From positions 1 through 60,574 of the forward strand of contig JAGAHY010000063.1 of NCBI GenBank assembly GCA_017626815.1: 60,574 bases of DNA. The letters run 5' to 3'. The position numbers were made by a program, and so were the translations under genes. The DNA is from Bacilli bacterium. GTDB lineage: Bacteria > Bacillota_I > Bacilli_A > RFN20 > CAG-826. Below are positions 10,358 through 21,200 of the stretch, one piece after another. Position 1 is the stretch's first letter. Each line of letters begins with the position of its first letter. The notes beneath the pieces are model-generated. The model was not told the DNA's origin and made no database searches. It was given only the letters and a program-made list of their open reading frames with translations.

Positions 10358-12199
10358 TTATTGGTTGGCTTCCGCTTCCTTGAGAGCCTTTTGTTTGGCT
10401 TCCCATTTCTTGCGGTCCGGAGTGGAGAGGATGCGCTTCCTCATGCGGAAGGCGCTGGGGGTGACCTCCACGAGCTCATCGGAATTGATGTAGTCCAGGC
10501 ACGCCTCGAGGGTCATCTTCCTGGGGGACTTCAAGACGACGGTCTGGTCTTTGTTGGAGGAGCGGACGTTGGTTTGCGGCTTGACGGCGGTGACGTTGAC
10601 GGCGAGGTCGCTGGGGTAGCGGTGCTCACCGACGATCATGCCCTCATAGCAGACGGTGCCCGGGGTGATGAACATCGTGCCATGGTCCTCAATCTTCTCG
10701 ATGGAATAGGGGGTCGCGGGTCCTTTGTCGGTGGAGACGAGGACGCCGATGGGACGCTCGCCAACGCTATGGCCATACACCGGGCGATATTCGCGGAAGG
10801 TGTGGTTGATGATGCCATAGCCCTTGGTCAAGGTGAGGAAGTTGTTGACGAAGCCGAGCAAACCACAGCTAGGAATGACGTAGGTCAGCCGGGTTTGGCC
10901 GTTGCTCTCTAGCATGTCGATCATGGACGCGCCGCGGGTGCCGAGGGTCTCCATGATGTCGCCGACGAATTCGCTTGGGACGTCGATTTGGAGGTCTTCG
11001 TACGGTTCACATTTGACGCCATCGATTTCCTTGACGATGACGTGGGGCTTGGAGACTTCGAGTTCGTATCCTTCCCTGCGGAGGGTCTCGATTAAGACGC
11101 CAAGATGAAGCTCGCCACGGCCGGATACCGTCCAACTTTCGGTGTTGGGGATGCGGCTATAGCGGAGGGAGACGTCGCGCTGGACTTCCTGATAAAGGCG
11201 GTCTTCGATGACCCTGGCGGTCACGAATTTTCCTTCCTGTCCGCGAAGGGGGCTCGAATTGGTGCCGAATTCCATCTGCAAGGTCGGTTCGTCGACGCGA
11301 AGCGGGGGCAAGGGATCGTTATGGCCTTGGGCGCAGAAGGTCTCGCCGACGTTGGTGTCTTCGTTGCCGGCGATGGCGCAGATGTCACCGCATTCGACGG
11401 AATCGACTTCCACGCGGCGCAAGCCCATGAACGTATAGAGCTTCATGACCTTGAAATCTTTGGTGGTGCCATCGACGTGGACGGCGGTGAGGGTGTCGCC
11501 GACGTGGGCGGAGCCACCGCGGATGGTGCCGATGCCGATGCGTCCGACGAAGCCGTTATAGTCAAGCAACGCGGGCTGGAAGCGGAAAGGGGCGCTAGGA
11601 TCGCAAACCGGTTCGGGGATTTCCTTTAAGATCGTCTCGAAGACCGGCTCCATGCCTTTGGCTTGGGTGGAGGGGTCGGAGGAGAGGGAGGAGGTGCCGT
11701 TTAAGGCGCTGGTATAGACGACGGGGAAATCCAACATATCTTCCGGCGCGCCAAGCTGGATGAAGAGGTCGAGGACTTCGTCGACGGCTTTGTCCGGGTC
11801 GGCGTTAGGACGGTCGACTTTATTGATGACGACGATCGGTTTGATATGGTTCTCGAGGGCGTTTTTCAGGACGAAACGGGTCTGCGGCATCGTGCCTTCG
11901 AAGGCGTCGACGAGCAATAAACAGCCGTCCACCATGTGCATGATGCGCTCGACCTCGCCGCCGAAGTCGGCGTGCCCCGGGGTGTCGACGATGTTGATTT
12001 TGGTGTCTTTGTAGACGATGGAAGTCGTCTTGGCCAAAATCGTGATGCCGCGTTCTCTTTCTTGGGGATTGGAATCCATCACGCGGTCTTGGACTTCCTC
12101 GTTTTCGCGGAACGTGCCGGAAGAGGAGAGCAGGGAATTGACGAGAGTGGTTTTGCCATGGTCGACGTGGGCGATGATGGCGATGTTGCGCATTTTCAT
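10358..12199 (-). CDS. typA: Translational GTPase TypA/BipA
   Basis: [57 protein letters not shown]. Confidence 0.97.
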   Translation of the reverse strand: MKMRNIAIIAHVDHGKTTLVNSLLSSSGTFRENEEVQDRVMDSNPQERERGITILAKTTSIVYKDTKINIVDTPGHADFGGEVERIMHMVDGCLLLVDAFEGTMPQTRFVLKNALENHIKPIVVINKVDRPNADPDKAVDEVLDLFIQLGAPEDMLDFPVVYTSALNGTSSLSSDPSTQAKGMEPVFETILKEIPEPVCDPSAPFRFQPALLDYNGFVGRIGIGTIRGGSAHVGDTLTAVHVDGTTKDFKVMKLYTFMGLRRVEVDSVECGDICAIAGNEDTNVGETFCAQGHNDPLPPLRVDEPTLQMEFGTNSSPLRGQEGKFVTARVIEDRLYQEVQRDVSLRYSRIPNTESWTVSGRGELHLGVLIETLRREGYELEVSKPHVIVKEIDGVKCEPYEDLQIDVPSEFVGDIMETLGTRGASMIDMLESNGQTRLTYVIPSCGLLGFVNNFLTLTKGYGIINHTFREYRPVYGHSVGERPIGVLVSTDKGPATPYSIEKIEDHGTMFITPGTVCYEGMIVGEHRYPSDLAVNVTAVKPQTNVRSSNKDQTVVLKSPRKMTLEACLDYINSDELVEVTPSAFRMRKRILSTPDRKKWEAKQKALKEAEANQ

Positions 12200-12321
12200 G
12201 GTGAGTACCTCCGAAAACCGCGCGTATTTTACCCTACGTATGCGCGCCGGTGAAGAATTTCTTTTATGTAACCCCTTGCAAAGCCTTTATCTTGGCCTAG
12301 AAAACCGCTACACTAGCGCTC

Positions 12322-13680
12322 ATGAAAGGTTTCGAACTCGGTCGTCACGTCAGCGTCAAACAACTATTATTGGGCGCCGCGCCTTCGGTATTGATGATGA
12401 TCTCCATCTCCGTCTATGGCGTGTTCGACGGCTTTTTCGTCTCCAATTTCGCGGGCAAGACGCCTTTCGCCGCCTTGAATCTCATCTATCCCGTGATCAT
12501 GATTTTGGGCTCGCTGGGGTTTATGATGGGAAGTGGCGGCAGCGCCTTGGTGGCGAAATGTCTTGGCGAAGGCAAACAAGAAGAGGCCAACCAGCAATTC
12601 TTTAACGCCGTCGCCGGGGCCATCGTCCTCGGGGTTGTCTCTAGTTTGGCGACTTATTTTGCCTTGCCCTCGTTGGCGATAGGCTTAGGGGCGGATGAGG
12701 CGATGCTCGAAGATTGCGTCAACTATGGCCGCATCATGGTCCTCGGGGTCACCGCCTTCAACCTCCAAAACCTGTTCCAGAACTTCATGGTCACATCCGG
12801 GAAGGGGAGGCTCGGCTTCCGCGTCACCTTACTTGCCGGAATCGTCAATATAGCCTTCGACGCCATCTTTATCGTCGGCTGCCGCATGGGGGTCGTCGGG
12901 GCGGCGATCGGGACGGTGCTCGGACAGGTCGTCGGCGCGGTCATACCGATCATTTACTTTTCGCGAAGGAATTCCTCTTCCTTGCGTCTAGCGCCCTGCA
13001 AACCGATGTGGGGCGCGCTAGGTAAGATGGTGGGGAATGGCATGAGCGAATTCGTCAATACCATCAGCGCCTCCGGCGTCTCTTTGGTCCTCAATGCTTC
13101 CTTGATGCAATACTTTGGGGAAGACGGGGTAGGGGCCTATGGCATCATCTGCTATGTTTGGCTGGTGTTCGCGGCCGTCTTCATCGGCTATAACGTCACC
13201 ATCGCCCCGCGCGTCTCCTATTGCCTTGGGGCGAAGGATTACCGCGAGCTGCGTAGTCTCTATGTCAAAAGCTTATGGATTCTATTGGCATTCGGCTTAT
13301 TGCAATTCGCCTTGGCCGAAGCTCTTGCGGTACCTTTAAGCCACGCCTTTGGCGGATATGACGAATCGTTGCTGCAACTGACCATCCGCGCCTCCTTGAT
13401 CTACGGGCTGACGTATCTTTTCTTAGGCGTAAATATGTTTGGCAGCGCCTTCTTCACCGCCCTCAATAACGGGGTGGTTTCGTTATTGCTTTCGTTTTTT
13501 CGCTTGGCGGTGCTTGAAATTGGCTCGGTGGCCATCTTGCCCCGGGTTTTTGGCGGCGAGGCCATCTGGTACGCGGTCCCGCTGGCGGAGGCGCTAGGGC
13601 TAGTGATGGTCGTGGCAGTGATGCAGTCTTTTTCCAAAAAATATGGCTACGACAAAAACTTTTCCCTCGTCAAGCATTAA
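12322..13680 (+). CDS. MATE family efflux transporter
   Basis: 452 aa, about 12 hydrophobic segments, YGVFDGFFV, NIAFDAIFI...MGVVGAAIGT. Confidence 0.9.
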   Translation: MKGFELGRHVSVKQLLLGAAPSVLMMISISVYGVFDGFFVSNFAGKTPFAALNLIYPVIMILGSLGFMMGSGGSALVAKCLGEGKQEEANQQFFNAVAGAIVLGVVSSLATYFALPSLAIGLGADEAMLEDCVNYGRIMVLGVTAFNLQNLFQNFMVTSGKGRLGFRVTLLAGIVNIAFDAIFIVGCRMGVVGAAIGTVLGQVVGAVIPIIYFSRRNSSSLRLAPCKPMWGALGKMVGNGMSEFVNTISASGVSLVLNASLMQYFGEDGVGAYGIICYVWLVFAAVFIGYNVTIAPRVSYCLGAKDYRELRSLYVKSLWILLAFGLLQFALAEALAVPLSHAFGGYDESLLQLTIRASLIYGLTYLFLGVNMFGSAFFTALNNGVVSLLLSFFRLAVLEIGSVAILPRVFGGEAIWYAVPLAEALGLVMVVAVMQSFSKKYGYDKNFSLVKH

Positions 13681-13712
13681 CGTAGCCCCATAAATCGGGT
13701 ATGATGTGCGCC

Positions 13713-14150
13713 ATGAGAACCAAGAAACCCATCGACCAGGACATCGAGAACATGTCCGCTTTGACCAAGACGCAGCGCGAGATGTCCTGCAAAGAAGCCT
13801 ATGAGCGTCTGAAAGAATATTTCCTCGCCCATGGCAAGAAGGAGAAAGACGCCTTCGCTTTCGTCAAAGACCTTTTCCGCCTTTGCGTCAGCGCCGACCG
13901 CGGCGTCCATGACGAGGAATTCGCCTTATACCGCGATATTTTCGACCCCGCCATGACCGAGAAGGCTTTCTTCAAGTTCACCAAATACGGAGGCGACCCC
14001 GATTTCGTCGATCGGATGGACGATTTCGTCGATTCGCTGGAGGAATCCGCCAAAAAAGACGTCTGCCACATCGCCTTGTGCATCCTTTGCTCCGATGGGC
14101 TGCCTAGCCGTGGCGAATATAATTTGCTCGTCCGCCTTTATGAGGATTAG
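13713..14150 (+). CDS. TerB-like helical protein
   Basis: Two xADG-like...E motifs (VSADRGVHDEE, CSDGLPSRGE); start 7 nt after TATGAT. Confidence 0.55.
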   Translation: MRTKKPIDQDIENMSALTKTQREMSCKEAYERLKEYFLAHGKKEKDAFAFVKDLFRLCVSADRGVHDEEFALYRDIFDPAMTEKAFFKFTKYGGDPDFVDRMDDFVDSLEESAKKDVCHIALCILCSDGLPSRGEYNLLVRLYED

Positions 14151-14153
14151 ATC

Positions 14154-14993
14154 ATGAAAAAAACGTTGTTGTCTTTGATTGCCTTGGCGCTAATTTCCTG
14201 TGGGGGCAGTGGGGAATCCCTATCCCGACAATCACTTCCTAGCTCCAGCGAGGAGTCTTCCCTTCCCTCAGCGGGTGAAACTACCCTAGAATCCAGCGTC
14301 CCATTCGCTTGGCCCAAAGTCACCGAACTCCCGGAAAGCGAATACAAAACCGCCTTCTTCCCCAATTATTTCAAACGCTTGCAGGCCTATGCTTCCTATA
14401 AAGCGGTCACCGAAGGCAAAACGGCCTCGACCGTCGACCAAAGCATCGCCGTCACCGTCCTCAAAAGCGGTGAATATGGCTACATGAAGAACCAATCCGA
14501 CAGTTTCTTCGTCCATACGAGCCACGAGGCCTATTACCATGGTCAGCAAACCTATTGCCGCGACAAAGACGCCGCCTTTGCTTTGATGGGCCTTGAAACC
14601 TACCTCAATACCTACGGCACATACCCCTTCGAGAATTCCGTGGAAGGCTATGATGTCCTCGGGGAGGGGTTAGTTTCCATCGAAAAAGCGGAAGTGGCGC
14701 AAGGCCACGGCTTCAAAATCACCCTCGACCCCAAGAAAGCGACCACCAACGTGCGCATCCAAATGAAGCGCTTCGGCGGACTTGACGAATATCCTTCCTT
14801 CAGTTCCATCGTCATCACCATGTCGGTGCAGGACGACTACACGCCCATCAAAGTGTCCGTGGACGCGCAATATAAAGCCAAGATGCTCTTCGAGGCCGAT
14901 TGCCACCAAACCTATGACGTCACCTATTCCGACTTCGGCCAGAATCTGGAGATCCCTGGCCTAGAAGACGCCAAAAAAGTCGAAGGTTTTTAA
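14154..14993 (+). CDS. Lipoprotein of unknown function
   Basis: MKK + hydrophobic stretch + LISC lipobox, Ser-rich linker. Confidence 0.75.
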   Translation: MKKTLLSLIALALISCGGSGESLSRQSLPSSSEESSLPSAGETTLESSVPFAWPKVTELPESEYKTAFFPNYFKRLQAYASYKAVTEGKTASTVDQSIAVTVLKSGEYGYMKNQSDSFFVHTSHEAYYHGQQTYCRDKDAAFALMGLETYLNTYGTYPFENSVEGYDVLGEGLVSIEKAEVAQGHGFKITLDPKKATTNVRIQMKRFGGLDEYPSFSSIVITMSVQDDYTPIKVSVDAQYKAKMLFEADCHQTYDVTYSDFGQNLEIPGLEDAKKVEGF

Positions 14994-15012
14994 TCTTAAC
15001 GATACGTAACCT

Positions 15013-15035
15013 AGGCCCTTTGCGGGGCCTTTTTT
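15013..15035 (+). terminator. Intrinsic terminator
   Basis: AGGCCCT-TTGC-GGGGCCT followed by a T run. Confidence 0.8.
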
Positions 15036-15134
15036 GACGACCTCAAGCCCAAATTACGAAACAAATGTTCTTATTCGCGATGTTTATGCGAAGAATCTCA
15101 ATAAAAACCACGCGTGTGCGATATAATGTCTAGC

Positions 15135-16469
15135 ATGAACGCGAAAAGTCGAAAACTTCACCTTAGCGCGCCCATTGTTTTCTTGCTGGTCTTGATTCCT
15201 TTTATCATCGTCTTGACCGCCGGTTTAGGGACGACATTGGCCGTCCAGTCCATCAATAGCCAAAAGGCCATGGTCTCCGACAAAACCATCGAGATGGCGA
15301 CCACCGCCGCCGAGCTCATCCGCCCTTACCGCGATGAAGTCGGCAGCATCCAAGAAGGGGATGAAGACACCCCAGCCTACCATCATGTCTATGACATCCT
15401 CGCCGCCTTCCGCATCGCTAACGCGGGCACTTCCGGCGAACTTGCCTTTATTTATGCCTGCCGCGAACGCGCCGACGGCACCTTCGAATTCACCATCGAT
15501 CCCTCACCAGACCCCGCCGAATTCGGCGAGGACCTCGAGGAAACCTATGCCCTCCGACAGGCCTCTTTGGGCACGGCCGCCTTCGATAGCGCCCCCTATA
15601 CCGACCGTTGGGGCACCTTCTATAGCGCCTATGCCCCCGTGTTTGATTCCAACAACAAAGTGGTGACGATCATCGGCATCGACGTATGGGCCAACTGGTT
15701 TGATAACGCGATTTGGTCCAACTCCCGTTCGATCATCATCGTCACCGCCATCGCCGTCGTCTCGGGCGCGGTCATCGCGGCGGTGCTGTTTGGCCGACTA
15801 AGCCGCCGCCTGCGCTTGCTTTTATCCGAATTCACCGACCTCGAAGACGATGTTCGCCTACTCACCGCCGACTTGAAAAAGTCCGAAGCCACCGAGGTTT
15901 CCGTCCCTGATGACGGAGATGAAGTGGTGGCCCTTCGCATGAAGATCCGGGCCGCGCAGAAAGAGCTTCATGACTACATCGAATACACCAAGCACGCCGC
16001 CTATGTCGATCCCCTCGCCAACGTCGGCAGCCGCGTTTCTTATACCGAGCGCATCGAAACCCTCGATGGCAGCACATTCTTCGGCGTCCTCGTCGTTGAC
16101 ATCAACGACTTGAAGCACATCAACGACACTTATGGCCATGATAAAGGCGACGCCGCCATCGTCGGCATCGCGGATGTCTTGAAGACGCAGTTCCCGGAGA
16201 AAGATATCTTCCGCATCGGTGGCGATGAATTGGTTGTCTTGATCTTCGAAAGTGCCGAGCAAGTTAAGCCTCGCTTGGTTTCCTTGACCGAGGCTTTGGC
16301 CGCCTTTAACCAGAATTCCGGAGTGCCTTTCGCCGTCTCCGCCTCCAAAGGAATCGCCTTCTTCCAAGAGGACGACCGCGGTTATCCTGACGTCTTCCGC
16401 CGCGCCGACGCCGCGATGTATGTGGAGAAAAACGAATATCACCGCACCCATAAGCCGTTTGAACGGTAA
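15135..16469 (+). CDS. Membrane sensor diguanylate cyclase (2 TM, extracellular Cache-like domain, GGDEF domain)
   Basis: DINDLKHINDTYGHDKGD, FRIGGDEL, ADAAMY; YTDRWGTFYSAYAPV sensor motif. Confidence 0.88.
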   Translation: MNAKSRKLHLSAPIVFLLVLIPFIIVLTAGLGTTLAVQSINSQKAMVSDKTIEMATTAAELIRPYRDEVGSIQEGDEDTPAYHHVYDILAAFRIANAGTSGELAFIYACRERADGTFEFTIDPSPDPAEFGEDLEETYALRQASLGTAAFDSAPYTDRWGTFYSAYAPVFDSNNKVVTIIGIDVWANWFDNAIWSNSRSIIIVTAIAVVSGAVIAAVLFGRLSRRLRLLLSEFTDLEDDVRLLTADLKKSEATEVSVPDDGDEVVALRMKIRAAQKELHDYIEYTKHAAYVDPLANVGSRVSYTERIETLDGSTFFGVLVVDINDLKHINDTYGHDKGDAAIVGIADVLKTQFPEKDIFRIGGDELVVLIFESAEQVKPRLVSLTEALAAFNQNSGVPFAVSASKGIAFFQEDDRGYPDVFRRADAAMYVEKNEYHRTHKPFER

Positions 16470-16612
16470 GCCTCGCATTTCTCGGATAAAACCCAAAAAT
16501 AGGCCGCTTTTGCGGGCCATTTTTTGATTTTCGGATCAGCGGTAGTGGCGCCATTTCCAACGATAAAGGCGAACCTTTATCTTGCCCTTTTCTTTAAAAA
16601 GAAAGAAAAACG

Positions 16613-16724
16613 TTGCATTCCCCATCCAATTCCGTATGATTACACCTGCGGCTAGACGAAGTCGGCATGTAACTCCTGCATCCGGCCTTGCCTCAGCTAA
16701 GTATTCACGAAAGGAGAAAACACC
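16613..16724 (+). promoter_or_regulatory. rpsO promoter and structured 5' leader (probable S15 autoregulatory element)
   Basis: TTGCAT-N16-TATGAT; nested stems GTCGG/CCGGC and ATGTA/TGCAT; AAGGAG SD. Confidence 0.55.
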
Positions 16725-16994
16725 ATGGCTTTGTCCAAAGAAACGACCGCCAACATCGTCAAGAAGTTCGGCAAAAACGACAAGGACACCGGCTCCACCG
16801 AAGTCCAAGTCGCCCTTCTCACCGAAAGGATCAAAGACCTCACCGCCCACCTCAAAGCGAACCAGCAAGACGCGGGTGCCCGTAGGTCCCTCCTCATCCT
16901 CGTCGGCAAGAGGCGTTCCTTGCTCGCTTACCTCAGCTCCACCAATCCTGAGGGCTATTCCGAGCTCATCAAGAAACTCGGCATCCGTAAGTAA
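16725..16994 (+). CDS. rpsO: 30S ribosomal protein S15
   Basis: DTGSTEVQVALLTERI...LVGKRRSLLAYL; 89 aa. Confidence 0.98.
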   Translation: MALSKETTANIVKKFGKNDKDTGSTEVQVALLTERIKDLTAHLKANQQDAGARRSLLILVGKRRSLLAYLSSTNPEGYSELIKKLGIRK

Positions 16995-17012
16995 TCGGGC
17001 GTCAACAAGACA

Positions 17013-17038
17013 AGCCACCTTCGGGTGGTTTTCTTTTT
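17013..17038 (+). terminator. rpsO intrinsic terminator
   Basis: AGCCACC-TTCG-GGTGGTT plus T-rich tail. Confidence 0.85.
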
Positions 17039-17116
17039 GCCCGATATCCTGTCTTCGCCCATTCCAGATCTCATTGACGCAGTGAAACAAGGAACTTTTG
17101 ACTTTTTTCGACTTTT

Positions 17117-17154
17117 TTTGTCAAATTCGCCCCTTTCCGGCATATAGGTTAAGT
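17117..17154 (+). promoter_or_regulatory. TTTGTCAA-N18-TATAGGTTAAGT motif (also upstream of comEA)
   Basis: Both boxes identical, with identical spacing, at 54182-54219. Confidence 0.45.
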
Positions 17155-17167
17155 GAAAGGAGCCATT

Positions 17168-18037
17168 ATGGACGGACCGAAAATGACATTGAAAGAAGAG
17201 GCTGTCGCCGCTGCGCATAAAAAACTTTGTCTCGCCGACGACGCGGCCATGACCGTGGTTCTTCAGAACAATCCGCGCCTAGCCAAGGCGATTCTTGTGC
17301 CGATCCTTGGTAGAAGCGACTTTGCCGTCGTCAAGGTGCAGACCCAAAAACACGTCGAGGGCTTCGATGGCCATAGCGTGAGGTTCGACTGCCTCATCCG
17401 CTTCCAAGACGGCACGCTCTGCGACCTCGAGATACAGAAAAGCGGGGGCGGGATGAACGCCGAGCGCGTTCAGACATACCAGGATGCCCTGGGCAGCCTC
17501 GCCCTGAGGAAGAGGGAAGACTACACTAAGCGCAAAAGGACGGTCCTCGTCGTCATCAATGACGGGGACCTGCTCGAGGCGGGCCTGCCGCTTTATGAGA
17601 TTAGGCCCATGGTATTGCAGACGGGCAAGCCGTTCCACGACAAAAGCGTCATCTACATCGCGAACCTGCGGGACAAGGACCCCACGACGGAGCTCGGCAG
17701 GCTTATGGCGGATTTGGAGTGCACGGAACCCGACAAAATGCAAATTGCACCTCTCCGGGAGGGACTGGAGATGATACAATCGGAGGCAGGAGAAGAAATG
17801 ATGGAAAGGGAAATGGAGAATCTCTACGAGAGGATCATGGCGGAAGGCCGCAGATTGGGCTTTGAGACCGGCCACAAAAAAGGTCAGAAGGAAGGCCGTT
17901 TAAAAGGCCAAAAGGAAGGCGGCTCTGAAATGCTCATCAAGCTCGTCCGCAGCGGCAAAATCACCGTCGAAGACGCGGCGGATGAACTCGGCATAAGCGT
18001 CGAGGACTTCGAAAGAATGATGAAGGCCAAAGCCTAG
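17168..18037 (+). CDS. Rpn family PD-(D/E)XK nuclease (PDDEXK_2, 'transposase-like')
   Basis: SVRFDCL...DLEIQ catalytic motif; C-terminal EG/KG-x-x repeats and HTH-like tail; AAGGAG SD before ATG 17168. Confidence 0.85.
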   Translation: MDGPKMTLKEEAVAAAHKKLCLADDAAMTVVLQNNPRLAKAILVPILGRSDFAVVKVQTQKHVEGFDGHSVRFDCLIRFQDGTLCDLEIQKSGGGMNAERVQTYQDALGSLALRKREDYTKRKRTVLVVINDGDLLEAGLPLYEIRPMVLQTGKPFHDKSVIYIANLRDKDPTTELGRLMADLECTEPDKMQIAPLREGLEMIQSEAGEEMMEREMENLYERIMAEGRRLGFETGHKKGQKEGRLKGQKEGGSEMLIKLVRSGKITVEDAADELGISVEDFERMMKAKA

Positions 18038-18053
18038 ACAAACCTCATCTTTT

Positions 18054-18079
18054 GACGCGCCCTTTTGGGTGTGTTTTTT
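18054..18079 (+). terminator. Intrinsic terminator after the rpn gene
   Basis: GACGCGCCC-TTTT-GGGTGTGTT plus T run. Confidence 0.7.
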
Positions 18080-18262
18080 ATTTGACTAGGAAATTGTATT
18101 TGACCTCCCCCGTAAGAAAACCGGCCTCCCTGGGCCGGCTTGGGGCTCCCGCATTCTTCTAGACGGAACTGTTCCATAAAACTGAAAAAGGTAAATACCG
18201 GATGTCGATGCTTATTCCTTGCTGATGCGAAATAGCCCGTTTTCCTCTGTTCACCATCGCCG

Positions 18263-21200
18263 TTACGCTGAGGGCTCGTCTAATTCGAAAAGCGATCCTT
18301 GGACGTAGCCGGTTTCGATGTCGGGGATGGCTTTGACCACGCATTCGAATAAGGCGATGATCAGCTGATAATCTTTCACTTGGCTGTTAGCAATGCGGAT
18401 GAGTTTGACCCCATAGTTGGCGCAGATATTCTCCTTGAGGCGGTCGTTTTTGGCGCTTTGCTTGGACCCGATATGCTCGCCGCCGTCGATTTCAAAGGCG
18501 ACGATGGTGCGGTAACGCCGTTTGACCATCCCTTCCGAAACTTGGATGATGACGTCGAATTCCTTTTTGCCGGTGAGTTGGAGGTCCGCCATCGCCAAAT
18601 TGGGGATGGCCTTCTTCATGGGGACGTTGCGTTCCACGCGCATGCGCTGTTTCCTTTTATTGAAATAAGGCGCGATGGTCTCGAAGAATTCTTTCTCGGA
18701 CTCGGAATCGTTGGAATAATTGGAGAAGGAGCGGTCGGTGATCGCGGGAACGATGGACTCTCCATTGGAATAGACATAGTCGGAAAGGGATTTGATGTCG
18801 TTATTTTCTTTGCCGCTAAGAAGGTTGATGGCCTCTTTGTCCCCAACGAAGACGAAACGTTCCTTCGCCCTAGTCACGGCGACATTGATGAGCTCGTGGT
18901 TGTTCTTAATCCAATCCATGGTCTTGCTGCCGGTGCGTGGGGACAATGCGGCGGAGAGAATAATAGTCGATTTCTCCGAGCCTTGGAGCATGTGGACGGT
19001 GCCCGCTTTGACCCCTTCGATTCCTTTGGCGCGAAGTAAGTCGTTGATGAGGTTGGCCTGGTTGACGAAAGGCGTGATGATGCCGACGTCCTCATAATGG
19101 TTCTTGGCGATGAGATTGACGATTCCCTCCGCTTCCTCGATGGAGGAATTGCGCTTGGTTTGGTGACGGATGTTCTTAACGTCGCAGTACACCAGTTTGC
19201 CTGGCGTGGCGTTTTCTAACTTCAATTGCCCTTGGTAGAAGCGGTCGTTGGAGAAACCGGCGATCTTTTTGCCGCACCGATAATGGTAGGAAAGCAAGAT
19301 GGACTTGGAATTCTCGTCTTTGCGCTGCATGGCCGAGAGAATGGAGTTGCTCATGTAGTCATAATCATCGCTGACCGCGTATTTGCCGCGGAGGCGTTCG
19401 TTGACCGCCGGCTCGATGACGGTGACGGGCTGAAGCTGGTTGACATCGCCGACAAGAAGCAAGGCTTTGGCGCGGATGACGGGGGTGAGGGAGGTGGCGA
19501 CGTTACATTGTCCCGCCTCATCCATGATGCAGAGATCGAAGTGGGGCTTGGGGGTGGCTAAGCGGTCGCTAGAAAGGTTCGTGGTGGCGATTAACGGGTA
19601 AATTTCTAAGAATTTACGCAGGTTTTCGGGGTCTTTGAGATAACGGTTTAAGCGCGAGGAAGCTTCGGCGAGGTCCTTGGTGAGGATGATGGAACGTAAC
19701 TCTTCGTTGACCGGGGAGAGCAATTTCTTCAGGCAGAGGACGCCCGAATAGAACATGTAATTATGGAAAGAGTCGCTGTCTTTGGCGGAGATGACGTAAT
19801 TCCCGATCATCTCGTTGCGGATTTTGGGAATGGCGGATAAGCGGGCGGACAAGATGGCCTTCTGCTTTTGGATTTCCTTGGCCATGGCGTCGTTTTTGGC
19901 GAGGGTTTCGATTTTGCTGAGCTTATCGAGGCGTTCTTTGACGTCGATGCGCTGCTCAAATTGAACCAAAAGGTCGCGAAGCTCGGAAAAACTCGATAGC
20001 GCGCCTTCTTTGCTGCGAAGCGTGGAGACTTCGTTGGCCTTAAGTTTTTCGTAGTCTTCGGCGCGGGAAAGATCCTCGCGGAGGGTGAGGATGGCTTTGA
20101 TGGTCTCTTGGCTGTTCCCCAACCGCAAAAAGGGGAGGCGGACGCTGACTGGCTTGCCTTGGTAGGTCCTGGAAAAGGTGGATCGCATCATTCTGGCGGC
20201 GATATCGTCGATGGGGTGGTTGTTATTGGAGCAGATCAGGACCTTTTTGGCGTTAGCGTAGGCGGAGAGGAGGACATTGAAAATGGTCTCCGTCTTGCCA
20301 GTCCCCGGCGGCCCTTGGACGTAGGTGACGGGGCTTACCATGGCGTTATAGACGACGCGCATTTGGTCGATGTTGACTTTGCTTTTGTCAAAGACGACGA
20401 CGCTGGCGTCTTTTTTAGGGCTGGCGATGGCGCGGTTGCGACCGAAGAAAGCCTTGATGGGCGTCTGCAGTTTCCCTTCTTTTTCTAATTCGGCGATGGA
20501 TTCGAACGTGGCGTCGACGTTATTGGAGAGCGCGCGTTCGATGAGGAAGATACTTGGCCTGGTGTTGACCATTTCGCCATGGCTGAAATTCTCCTCGATC
20601 ATGCGGATGAGGGCTTGCTTGGCTTCGTCGCTGCCGTTATAAGAGACGCAGAATTCCCTTTGGTCCATCTCCAAATACGACGACAGCGAGACTTTCTTGT
20701 CCTCGATGAGGAAAGAGGGGTTGATGGAGACGTCTTTCTCCACGCTTAGGGCTTTGGTGGCGAAGTTGAGGTTCAACTTATAGTAGGCGACCACATATTG
20801 CTTGCCGTTGATGTCGATGGAGAACGAATTGATGGCCATGTCCACGTAGCGGTAGTGGAATTCGGCTTCCGCCCTGGAACGTTTGAATAGGCGTTCCAAA
20901 ATCAGCTCGAAATCCTCGTCCGACAAGGTGATGGAGCGGTTCTTTTTGAGCTCGCGGATGTCGATCCCATCGAGCATCAACGTGTCTTTGATGTAGGGGT
21001 CGTTATCCATTTTGTAGCAATCGGAAAGATAGCCGAGGATATTGTTGTCGAAGGCTTCGGCTTCGAGGTAACTAAGCAACGCCTCATCTTTTTCGATGCG
21101 GCGAAGAAGCGAAGCGTCGCTAAGGTAAAAGCTTTGCTCGATGACCCTCGCGGAGAGGATGCCTTCGATGCGGATTTGGATGTCGCGGTCTTTTTTGAGG

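Noticed and set aside
16582-17090. 167-aa and 184-aa ORFs overlapping rpsO
   Set aside because: They overlap a clear S15 gene, its leader and its terminator, and have low-complexity composition.
17168-18037. Rpn gene as an IS element
   Set aside because: No terminal inverted repeats or target duplication seen; the family's 'transposase' label is not supported by a DDE motif.
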